Shown in pieces: positions 51,770 through 62,390 of a DNA stretch of 64,000 nucleotides (position 1 is its first letter; each line of letters starts with the position of its first letter). The notes below the pieces were generated by a model that was not told the DNA's origin, ran no database searches, and saw only the letters and a program-made list of their open reading frames with translations. The position numbers and the translations under genes were made by a program. Origin of the DNA: Okamejei kenojei (lineage: Eukaryota); the NCBI GenBank assembly GCA_035221665.1, contig CM069164.1, positions 14,260,001-14,324,000 of the forward strand, written 5' to 3'.

Positions 51770-52270
51770 ATAAACTACACAATTTATTGCACATGGTCGC
51801 ATCCCTCTAGTCACAGCCTGTTCATGTGTCTGTCTAATTGCTTCTTTTATTATGCCTGCTTCCATTACTTCTCCTGGCAGCATGTTCCAGACTGCTTAAA
51901 AAAAAACTTGCCTGGTAAATCTCTTTTAAAAAATTCTCCCGCTCCCCTTAAAGCTATGCCCTCTAGTATTTGACATTTCCACACGGGGATAAAGACCCTG
52001 ACCGTCTACATTGTCTATGTATCTCACAATTTTATATACTTCTATCAAGTCTCTCCTCAGCCTTCAACGTTCCAGAGGAACCGATCTAAGTTTGTCCAAC
52101 CTCTTCTGATAGCTAATATTCTCTAATCCAGACGACGTCCTGGTGAACCTCTCCTGCAGTTCCCTCTCCAAAGCCACCACATCCTTCCTATAAAGCAGTG
52201 AATAGAACTGTACAGAATTCTCCAAATACATCCCGACCAAAGCATGATGTAAACATAGCAACAATGTTCT
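51770..52270 (-). mobile_element. CR1-like LINE 3' fragment
   Basis: LENSVQFYSLLYRKDVVALER..RFTR...SYQKRLDKL. Confidence 0.8.
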
Positions 52271-52652
52271 AATTCCTATGGTAGGACAGAACTAAAGACA
52301 AAAATAGAAGCTGGTCATCAATGAATTAATTTCACATGTTCCAATTACAAATTAGAGTGAAATTGATGCATTTAAAGGGAATCTTGATACATACGAGGGA
52401 GTAGAAAGATATGACATAGGGTGAGACAAAGCTGAATGAGAGGGACTGAATGGCCTTAAATGGGAATTAATACGTTTGGGATGATCAAGTGAAAAAGTTA
52501 GAGGACTACCAATATCTCAGAAAGGCTAACGAGTCTAGTCAACTTGGCCGGCATGGACAAGGTGGGCTGAAAGGCTAATTTCCCTGCTATACAGCTCTAT
52601 GATTCTGAAAGTTTTATAAGTAAGAAATACATAGGTTTTGAAAACCAGGAAA

Positions 52653-52940
52653 CAGAACGGAGATGAGGAAACGCTTTTTCTTAGAACGGAGAAGAGGAAA
52701 CACTTTTTCTCTCAGAGAGTGGTGAGTCTGTGAAATTCCCTGCCTCAGAGCGCGGTGGAGGCAGGTTGTCTGGATGCTCTCAAGAGAGAACTAATTAGGG
52801 CTCTTAAAAATAGTGGAGTCAGGGGATATGGGGAGAAGGCAGGAACGGGGTACTGATTGGGGATGATCAGCCATGATCACATTGAATGGCGGTGCTGGCT
52901 TGAAGGGCTGAATGGCCTACTACTGCACCTATTGTCTATT
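52653..52940 (+). mobile_element. Young CR1/L2-type LINE 3' end with a tandemly duplicated 5' junction
   Basis: AGAACGGAGA.GAGGAAAC.CTTTTTCT occurs twice (52654-52710). Tail as at 5419-5670. Confidence 0.85.
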
Positions 52941-53364
52941 ATGTCTTATCTAATCTAGGTCAGAAAGGATGCATGAACAGTTTCTGGTGTGAATAAAAAG
53001 ACAAATTGGTTTTGTGATGATAAAATAGGGGAGGGGGTATCGGGAATCTATTAAATATGATGAAAAGTGAATCCATCAACTAAACCTGATACACTTGTCA
53101 ATCCTGACTCAGCCATAGCACAACAAAGACTGGGTTTATGCTAAAATGAGCTTCTGCACTACAATTCACAATAACCCACAGGCGTCACGATGTCAAATGT
53201 CTAAGGTACAAACTTGGTCAATTGACTAATTGGTAGTTTAATGGTTCAAATGTTCAATTATTCTTTATTAATGGAAGAACAGATGGGAATATTAGAGCAA
53301 GAGGAGATGTTTTAGTCTTGAGCCACTTTGACCATTTAATGAGCTGTGACCTTGCTCTGTAGGT

Positions 53365-53745
53365 ATATGTTTAGGTTTAGGTTTATTCTTGTCACCTGCA
53401 CTGAGGTACAGTGAAAAGCTCTGTTTTTCATACTTTCCATACAAATCAAATATACTCTGCATAAATACAATAAAATCAAACTCGTACAATAGATAAAGCA
53501 GAGGGGAAGATACAGGGAGCAGAATATAGTTCTCAGTATCGTCGGCAATCAATTCCATGGACAAAGTCCAATGTCCACAATGGGGTTGAGGTGAATCAGA
53601 CAGCATCCCACCAGAAGCCCCATAACAGAGGGAAAGAAGCTGTTTCTCAGTCTGGTGATATGTGCTTTCAAGCTTCTGTGCCTTCTACTGAATGGCAACA
53701 GGGAGAAGAAGGAATGACCAGGGTGTGACAAGCTTTGATTATGTT
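53365..53745 (-). mobile_element. Rex1/Babar-like LINE 3' end
   Basis: SHPGHSFFSLLPFSRRHRSLKAHITRLRNSFFPSVMGLL, then AATAAA(CCTAAA)n tail. Confidence 0.8.
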
Positions 53746-53884
53746 TACTAGCCTTTTGATACAACCTCATTTGTTTTGCCATTTGATCTCATCTGCCTTC
53801 AATCCTGCCACAGACCTTTGTTATTTTCCAATCTCTGAACTGATTTAGGAATGGCTTAATTCTATTTTTTGCATAGCATAGGTT

Positions 53885-54600
53885 ACCACCAAGTGCGCCG
53901 TACAATTGGCAGCCCTGCCAACAATCTGTCCGTTTTTTTTGTGTGTTAAAAGCCTGTGTAAATGTTCTCCGGTTTGTTTTATGTGGGGGTCAGGGGAGGG
54001 GGTCGGGGGACACTTGTTTTCAGTTTCTTACCTTGCCGGAGCTGCAATTGTTTTCCGATCGCATCTCCGGCCGATCTGCGGCCTAACATCGATGGAGCTG
54101 GAGGCCTCGGACTGACCTTGGGCCCCACCATGGGCGTGGATGTAACATTGGACTTTCCTGGGATCGCTCCAACTGCGGCCTGCAGACTTTACATCGGGAG
54201 CTCGCAGTCTCCGGAGAGGCTAGTAGAGAGCTCCAACGACTCAGAGGCTCGAGCAGCCCCGACTCGGGCTCCGATCACTGGCACGGGGGAGCTAACATCC
54301 CCCCGATGCAGGAGCCGATCGCCCTGACGCGAAGGGCTTCAAGATTGTCCCGTCAACGGAAGGCTCGAGGCCCCCGACCGCGGGCGAACAAAGAAGGGAA
54401 GAGATTTGAACTTTTTATTGCCTTCCATCATAGTGGGGAATGTGGAGGAGTCACTGTGGTGGATGTTTATGTTAAAATGTATTTTGCGTGTTCCGTTGTG
54501 ATTTTTCTTGCATGACTGACTTGGCAAATGGAAATCCTCGTATGTCCCAAAACATAGTTGGCTAATAAAGTATTATTGTGATTGTGATTGTGATTGATTG
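53885..54600 (+). mobile_element. Probable non-coding, CpG-rich retroposon with AATAAA and (ATTGTG)n tail
   Basis: Sharp CpG-rich block with no credible ORF, ending AATAAAGTATT(ATTGTG)3ATTG. Confidence 0.55.
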
Positions 54601-56109
54601 TGACATGGCGATGACTCTGTTTATGGATGTTGGATGACCTGCTGAGTATTTCCCAGCATCTATGCTTTGTTTTCACAAACAGACTTGCTCTGGCCCATCC
54701 TTCCATCCTTGTAGAGTGTGTAGAGACACAATGTAGAGACACAGCGCAGAAACAGGCCCTTTGGCTCGCTGATGCCATTCCGATCATTAGCACTAATTCT
54801 ATACAAAATCCAATTTTAATCTTCCCACATTGTTATTAACTGAGGTCAATATGCTGAGATTCTCTCATCTTTCTCCTACAGTCCGGGAGAAATACATACT
54901 GGCTAATTAACATACTGACCCACGTCCGTGGTGTGCCTAGGACAACCCAATGGTCACAGGGAGAATCTACAAACTCCACACAGATAACACTTGAGGTCAG
55001 GATTGAACCCTAGTCTCTAGGACTGTATGGCAGTGACTCTACCAGCAACACCATTATACTGCCCATAATGTTGCCCCATAATGCACATATGTAGCATCCC
55101 ACTTAAATGCACCCATGGGATTCATCTCAACATCTCCCCAAGGGAGTGAATCTCACATTCTCACCACTCTGCCTACAGGTGTTTCTCCAAAATTTTCTGC
55201 TAGATTTACAAACCATTGCAAAACAAATGTGGCATTAGGTAGGCCATTTGACCCAACCAGTCCGTGGCAACGTTAATGTTTCACCTGAGCCTCATCACAT
55301 CCTCATATAAAACAAGTAGGTGATCTTCTATTCCCTCTCCCTCATCTGCTTCTCAAGCCTCCCGTTCAATATATCTGTAATATTAACTTCAACCACTCCC
55401 TGTAAGAGAGGGTTCCACATTCATCATCCCAGTTCCACCCTTCTCATGAAGGGTCACAGATCTGAAATGTTAACTGTTTCACTTTTACTGGAGGTGGAGA
55501 AGTCAATTGGGTTCAAATTGCGGAATCTGATAAGACTCTGACTCGGATTCAGATTATGAATCCGATCCCACTTTTACCAGATACTGTCTGATTTGCCATG
55601 TTTCATATTTATTTCAGGTTTCCGGCATCTGCAGTTTTTTATTTATATATTTCCATTTTTGTATTAATTTACATTCTGCACACTCTTTGGTAAAGAGGTT
55701 TCTCCTGAATTTCCTATTGAAATTCTTGGGGACTAATTGATATCGATGAACTCTGGTTATACTCTCCCTCACAAGTGGAAACGCTCTCGCTATTCAATCC
55801 ACTTTGTCGACACTTTTCAACATTGCAAACTCTTTTACACCAGCCCTCCTCATACTTCTTTCCTGAAAGAAGTCCTAATCTGTATGGCTTTGTATCCTAA
55901 CAAGCATTCTCCGCACCCTCTCCAATGCCTCTATTCTATAACATGGCAACAAGAAGAATGGATTTCCTCCTTCCTTCCTTAGTGACATTCTTGTATTGGA
56001 GACACAAGGGACTGAAGATGCTGGTACCTTGAGGAAAAACCAACTACTGGAGAAACTCAGCTGGCCAAGCGGCATCTGTGGAAGTAAATGGACGGGCGAC
56101 ATGTTGCGT

Positions 56110-56425
56110 CATAGAAACATAGAAACATAGAAAATAGGTACAGGAGGAGGCCATTCGGCCCTTCGAGCCAGCACTGCCATTCATTGTGATCATGGATGAT
56201 CGTCCCCTATCAATAACCCATGCCTGCCTTCTCCCCCTATCCCTTGATTCCACTAGTCCCTAGAGCTCTATCTAACTCTTTCTTAAATCCATCCAGTGAT
56301 TTGGTCTCCACTGCCCTCTGTGGCAGGGAATTCCATAAATTCACAACTCTCTGGGTGAAAACGTTTTTTCTCACCTCAGTCTTAAATGACCTCCCCTATA
56401 TTCCAAGACTGTGGCCCCTGGTTCT
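56110..56425 (-). mobile_element. CR1/L2-type LINE 3' end
   Basis: (CATAGAAA)x3 tail and GGCCATTCGGCCCTTCGAGCCAGCAC. Confidence 0.85.
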
Positions 56426-58512
56426 GATCCTTCTTCAGACTGATCGACTAGTAGAGTGGTAGCTGATATTAAGTGGTGCAAATGGTGGAATCTGATAAGG
56501 AATGAAGATGTGAGTGAAATGTAGAACCAGAGGGAGGAATAGCATGGACTTTCTACATTACACTCCCACCTTCCTTTCTTATCAGATTCCACCCTTTGTA
56601 CCCATTTGTCCTCCATCTCCAGCCTTGGTTTCTATCTCCATCTGACTTTCCCCCGCCTGCCAATTCATCCTTCGTCACCTGCATCCACCTATCACTACCT
56701 GTTGCCCCAGCACTTCTCCTCACCTCTTTCTATCTCCCCTCTACTCCACCAGCCTGAAGAAAAGTTCCAACCCAGAAACAAGCTCCTTATATTTATGGCT
56801 CTTTGTTTTGGTTTCCTTCATGAACCTTTCCACATTACTCAATCAGATCCCCATATAATTGTAAGGACCTCTACCTCCTCAGCTCTACAGCATTCGCTTT
56901 ATCAGGAAAAGGAGCCACAAAGTGTGGCATTTCTGCTGATTGTCACAGCTTGCCAGTTCTTGCTTTGTTCTTGCAAATCTTCTTTACACCTTTTCCATTT
57001 ATTTGCAACCTTTTCAGAACACAGGGGGGCACAGCAGTATGTTATCAACATTTTTCAATATGTTAAAGTGTTAAGTATATTAAGTGTTAAGTATAGAACA
57101 TGTTTTTTAATTCAGTGAGGCAGAAAGATGATTATCTGTTGTTCGATCTGTCACCGCTAGAGGACCCCCAGAGCATATGTGCAGGCAAAGGGATAGCTGA
57201 TGTCTCGGGTCCAGAACTGCATCAGGACTGTTAATAATTATACAAATAGAGCACAGCGACAGACACTTCTGATCCCATCCATGTCGACCATCAATTGCCC
57301 CCTATGCTTGTATGCTTGTATGCTTGGAACTTACTTATCTCTCTCCGCAAACTTAATTAATAGGTTTAGGAGGGGGTCATAGCACTTCAATAGATTTTTA
57401 GAATCATTTTTTAGATAGAAAAATAATCTATTAACGTAGTATGATGTAATTTTTTAGAATTGATCAAATAAACACCAGCTTCAAATGTGGCTCTATTCAA
57501 ATATCGAAATTTAACTCAGATTTCGCATCAGAGCCAAAATTGTGAGAGTCATAATATTTGCTCGTTAATTCTCAACTTCGGAAGTTTCATTTCATATAAT
57601 TACAATAGTACACCACAGTAGGGGGGAAATATATTCCACTTAATTATTTTTAACAATTAATAAACGGTTTGCTTAATAAACAGTTGTAAAACTGTTTGCC
57701 AAATACTAATCGGGGTTGTGATGTTAATGGCAAGTCAGCGATTGTCGTTTAACCTATTGCACGATGTGAAACTCTAACGTCTCATGGAAACAATTATTGA
57801 ATTAAATCAAATGTTAGTGACATAAATTGAAATAGTTCATAAGTGATAAAGAAATAAACACTCTACAATATAATTGCAGCGTGAACATGTCTATTTATTA
57901 ACAATTCAAGAGCACTTTATATGTTTTCATGATTCACTTTCTCGACATAGGGACGACCCAAGGTGGGGAGGTTCTGGGAGAAACCCTGCAAGGTCACCGC
58001 CATCACAATGATATTCCCAGGCAGTGGACATCTGACCCGAGGCTGCCCGGGGTGACGCGGTCCCATCTCCATTCCGCCCCTTGACCTAAATAAGTGGAGT
58101 GAAAGCGATGCAGTTATCCCCTCGGACCCCTTAGACTAATGAATTTGATGATCACACGTTGCCTTCGTTTAAGGAACAAGTTGCAACTTCTAAAACATTG
58201 CACGGAGCTTCGATTTTGCAGTCTCTAAAGTGAGAGGGAAAAAGATCAACCTCAGTCTAAACCCATCGCGCTTCTGCATTTAATCACACATGTTCGAGTG
58301 AAGGGCGTTCATAGCAGGGATCTTTTTCTTTCGAGATGGTTATTCTACATCGGATTTATCCAGTTGTTATTCGCCGTCACAACAATCCCGATACCTTCCG
58401 TCAGCAGCCTCCCAAGCCAGTCGGTTAATTGGGGTTTGGCTGAGTGCTGCAGTTGGAGGGACCGTTTTCACATCGACTGTTAGAGTCGGAGTCTCGGTTG
58501 TAATGTGCGATT

Positions 58513-59601
58513 TCAATAATGTTCAGACCCATTCCGACCTGCATATGCGTTGGGTGCCCGATTAATTACCGGGCCGGAGAAGGGTCGTATTGCAACCTTG
58601 TGCGCCAAAGCCGGGGTAGATATCTTCCAGAAGATCTCTTTCATAGATTTCCTGAACTCCTTCCTCATTAAGCAATAGAGAAATGGGTTGAGGCAGCTGT
58701 TTGTGTGTGCCAAGCACACGGTGACGGGGAAAGCATAGGACTGCATGGAGTAGTAGGTCTTGTCCCAAGGTATCACGTTGAGCTTGACCAAAACGCCCCA
58801 GAATGTGATGATGTGGTTGGGTAGCCAGCAGAGGAAGAAGGCGAGCATGACGATGGTGATGGACCTGGTCACTGTCGACTTTCTCTTGCTGTTTTTGTTG
58901 CCCATGTGTTGTTGCCTCAAGAACCTGAGGAGGAGCAGATAGCAGACCGACAGAATGACCATGGGCAGAACAAAAGCCAGGACGATCTTCTGGATGTGGT
59001 AGAGTGCGAGCCAGTATTGGCCATCGTCGGGGAAGTCCAGCAGACAGAGGTTCTCGCCGGCGGTGGTGCTGACAGTGGAGAAGATTGCGGTGGGGAGCGT
59101 GGCCAGGCCGGCGGCCGTCCAGAGAAGGACACTGACCCACTTGACCGAGCATGACAGCCCGCTGCTCCTGGCCTTCAGAGCCGACGCCACCGACCAGTAG
59201 CGGGCAATGCCCATTGCAGTCAGGAAGAAAACGCCGGCGTACATGTTGAGGACAGTGACTGACTGTATGATCTTACACATGGCACCCCCGAAAGGCCAGC
59301 TGAAGTCCAGAGCGGTGTCCACCGCCCAGAATGGCAGGGTCATGACGAACTGGAAGTCGGTCACCGCCAGGTTGAGAATGAAGACGCAGGTGGTGGATCT
59401 GCTGCGCCCTGGCCTCGCGTTCATCAGCAGGAAGACCAGCAAGTTCCCGACAAGACCGACGGCGCAAACCACCGAGTAGGTGGTGGAGATGACGATTCTC
59501 AATGCCGGGGAGCCGTCTCCGTGGAAATCCATCTCACACAGGCTGCAGTTTTGGCTGGAGTTGTAAATCTGCACGGTAGCGTTCAACACACAATCGTCCA
59601 T
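58513..59601 (-). CDS. Relaxin family peptide receptor 3-like class A GPCR (RXFP3/RXFP4 family), 362 aa, single coding exon
   Basis: Seven hydrophobic segments. GNLLV, NLAVTDFQFVMTLPFWAVDTALDFSWPFGGAMCK (RXFP3-family signature), ARY at the DRY position, CWLPNH, LAHTNSCLNPFLY. First ATG at 59601 in strong Kozak context GAGATGG; the track start at 59643 is a TTG. Confidence 0.93.
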   Translation of the reverse strand: MDDCVLNATVQIYNSSQNCSLCEMDFHGDGSPALRIVISTTYSVVCAVGLVGNLLVFLLMNARPGRSRSTTCVFILNLAVTDFQFVMTLPFWAVDTALDFSWPFGGAMCKIIQSVTVLNMYAGVFFLTAMGIARYWSVASALKARSSGLSCSVKWVSVLLWTAAGLATLPTAIFSTVSTTAGENLCLLDFPDDGQYWLALYHIQKIVLAFVLPMVILSVCYLLLLRFLRQQHMGNKNSKRKSTVTRSITIVMLAFFLCWLPNHIITFWGVLVKLNVIPWDKTYYSMQSYAFPVTVCLAHTNSCLNPFLYCLMRKEFRKSMKEIFWKISTPALAHKVAIRPFSGPVINRAPNAYAGRNGSEHY

Positions 59602-59948
59602 CTCTTCCAACTTGCTGCATTCGAGTGGCGCCGGCCGGACCAACTAATGAGATCGTAGACAACTCGGGAGCCAGCGCCAAACAAAAAAATCCTTTTTAAC
59701 AAGTACATAAATTAAACTTTTTTTTTGTTCTGGGCAATTGCAGCTGACAGTCCGGCGGGCAGCGTTGCTACAGACCTTGCGGCAGGGTCCACCTGGGCGC
59801 CAGTTGCCGACCCTGTACTCTGAAGACAAGGCGGATCTCCGGTTTGAATCAACTCAACCTGGACCGCCCGCCCTCTCCCCGCTCCCATTGGCCTCGCCTT
59901 GGATGGGGCAGGTCCATCCGGCAGCAGAGGCGGCTCGCCCCTCGGCTC

Positions 59949-59969
59949 TGTGCTGTCCAGGGTGCTGAA
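59949..59969 (-). promoter_or_regulatory. RE1/NRSE (REST-binding) element upstream of the RXFP3-like gene
   Basis: Minus strand TTCAGCACCCTGGACAGCACA versus consensus TTCAGCACCnnGGACAGCGCC. CCAAT (59891-59887) and GC boxes (59864-59873) lie between it and the ATG. Confidence 0.85.
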
Positions 59970-60225
59970 TGAAGCCATCTCTTCGATGGGGGGGGGGGGG
60001 GGGGGGGGGGTAGGAAGAATATCTTTGCAAATTCTGGGGGAGATTAAAAAATAAAGCTCTCGATTGTTGCGCAAGCTATGTGTTTATTTCCATTTGTTTA
60101 GTTTGTACAATTAATTAATAAATGTGGGAGTGGGTATTTCATAGTCGAAGCAGGAGGACAGCGGGAGGGGAAGGGCTGTTGTGGGTCGAGGGTCCCGACC
60201 TGGCCGGGATCAGACGTAGGAAGGG

Positions 60226-60470
60226 TGTGTAGGAAGGAACTGCAAATGCTGGTTTACACCGAAGACAGACACAAACATGCTGGAGTAACTCAGCGGGACG
60301 GGGAGTATCTGTGGATAGGAGGAATGGGTGACGTTTTGAGTCGAGAGCCTCCTTCAGATTCAGAGCGACCACCAGTCTGAAGAAGGGGCTCGACCCAAAA
60401 CGTCCACCCATTCCTTCTATCCAGAGATGCTGCCTGTCCCGCTGACTTACTCCAGCATTTTATGTCTATC
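60226..60470. repeat. Palindromic Penelope-tail pair upstream of the RXFP3-like gene
   Basis: Minus unit 60226-60357 and plus unit 60377-60470 (CTGAAGAAGGGGCTCGACCCAAAACGTC). Confidence 0.8.
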
Positions 60471-61087
60471 CTCGGGAGGAGGGATGGGTCAGTTTCTTCC
60501 ACGGTCACCCCCGCCCGAGTGCAAGTGCGATGTAGGAGATTCCTTTCGTCAAATAAATACATCCCGCTGCACCCGTTGGTGGGAAAGGGGAACCCGTTTG
60601 CCCGACCCCTCGCGGTTACCACGCCGTGGCCGAGGGCACCTCCTTTTTAAACACCATACTGTGGTTAAAATCAGGAAATGTGAGTTTAATGCGAAACCGA
60701 AATCAAGTGTCCGTGTCGAGTGCTTCTGCACCTTGGAAGGAGGTTTGGCAAAGAACCCCAGAGCGACCGTGCACCGATAGATGGACACAGGTGACATCCC
60801 AGGCTGGAGAGACTGATTATCATCAGCTTAATCTGCAATGATCATCACGGGGAGGCGCATGAAACACCAGCAAATATTCCTCCAGGTCCCGAGGGACGGG
60901 TTATTCTCCGGACCTGGGACTTTTACACTTCTCCCGGGGGGGGGGGGGGGATTATTGTTCCATGTCATTCCAATAAAAACATAATTAAGGAATTCTATTG
61001 ATTCAATATATTCAACATCCGATTCAGTGGCATTTCGGGTTTCCTTTTGTTCTCGGGGGGGTTGCGAACAGATTTGCTTTGTTCACA

Positions 61088-61114
61088 AGCAGCAGCAGCA
61101 GCAGCAGCAGCAGC
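61088..61114. repeat. (CAG)~9 microsatellite
   Basis: AGCAGCAGCAGCAGCAGCAGCAGCAGC read directly. Confidence 0.9.
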
Positions 61115-62390
61115 GGAGAATGTAAAATAATCTGTGGGTGTTACCGGCTGCAGCGCTGAAGTGTAGATCTAGTTTTACTGTCGCCCGCCGGGGACGGATG
61201 AGATCTCAGAGACGTGAGCCCATTGCATAACAAATACAGTTCTTAGTGGAGGCTGGCGAGTGGTTTGGAGGCTGGAAATTTCCCTGCAGGAGTTTGGGGT
61301 CATGTCGATCATCTCTGGCGTCGTTAACAAGTCCACACAGCCCTAGACGATGGGTGGGTAACTGAGGTAACAGGCCGGTTTTCAGCTTCTCATATGGAAG
61401 AATACGTTGCAGATTAAAAAGCAAACGGCAAGAGGAGCTGAGCGGGTTGGGGGTCATCTGTGGAGACAAGGAAGTATTGTGGAGTCGAAGTGTTGGGTCG
61501 AGGTCACGCATCAGGACCGAGAGTGTAAAGGGGAGTATCAAGAGGCGGGGGGGGGGGGGGGGGGGGGGGGGTGACTTGCTAAGCGACGGGTGGTTCCTGG
61601 AGAGGAGAGGGAGGAGTAACGTGTACATGGAGTCATGCTGGCTGAATAACTTCAGTGGACATGAGATGGCAACCTTTGGTGTCATGAATCCCAAGGTTTA
61701 CATTGAGAATTTCCACACCTCGGCTCTGGATCAAACAAATCGATCAATTAATATAATAAGCTTCATCGATATAATTAGTCAACAACCCCAACACCAGCCA
61801 GGATGAGGATTAGATACAGACAGGGTTGACTTGTATCTCTTGAATTCCACCAATTGCCATGTTTTCATGTCATTTTCCATAGAGAAATATTTTTGAAAAA
61901 GGGGAACCCGCACTACAGTCTACCCTGTACTTCTGAAGTGTGGTCACCTTCACAGGGTAGAGTTCTGCACGGACAATGTGTGCATAGCCAGATCCCACAA
62001 GCGGCAAACAGATGATGTCCAGGCAATCTCTCTATCTTGTGGAGTTGGATCTAGGCTAAATATTGGCCAGGTCATCTTCCTCATTTTTCTTTCAAATAGT
62101 GGGCTTTAAAAATACTAGCAAGGGTAACCAACATTCTAGCTCAACACCCCTGCCTAAAGGGCCACTGTTTGCAGGACACAGCTCTTCAAATAAATATCCT
62201 AGTAAACTGAAATTACTGAGATTTTCTGCCTCTACCACCGTTTCAGAGGGTGACATTTCCTCTCCTCCAACATCTCACCAAGAATCTTTATAACAATTAC
62301 TTTTATTCCCAATGTAAAGTAATTGGTGTAAGACTATTTGGTGAGATTTCTGACTTCTCTGCAAAATGAAATAAATAAATCATATAGTTA

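Noticed and set aside
55543-55565. Perfect 9-bp hairpin TCGGATTCA-GATTA-TGAATCCGA
   Set aside because: Short, isolated and compatible with chance in 64 kb.
58562-59479. Overlapping alternative-frame and antisense ORFs in the GPCR
   Set aside because: Expected by-product of GC-rich codon usage, with no recognisable motifs.
59602-59643. N-terminal extension MVRPAPLECSKLEE of the GPCR
   Set aside because: The track start is TTG. The first ATG is at 59601 and has strong Kozak context.
59988-60010. Poly-G runs (also about 12839, 44201, 60935, 61547) as functional G-quadruplexes
   Set aside because: Simple homopolymers are common here and their lengths are unreliable. No independent support.
1290-60470. 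Recurrent ~28-bp hairpin repeat as a CRISPR array
   Set aside because: Copies are dispersed, in both orientations, embedded in a longer shared unit, with no regular spacers or cas genes.
61088-61114. (CAG)n as a polyglutamine-coding exon
   Set aside because: No supporting ORF or convincing splice sites.
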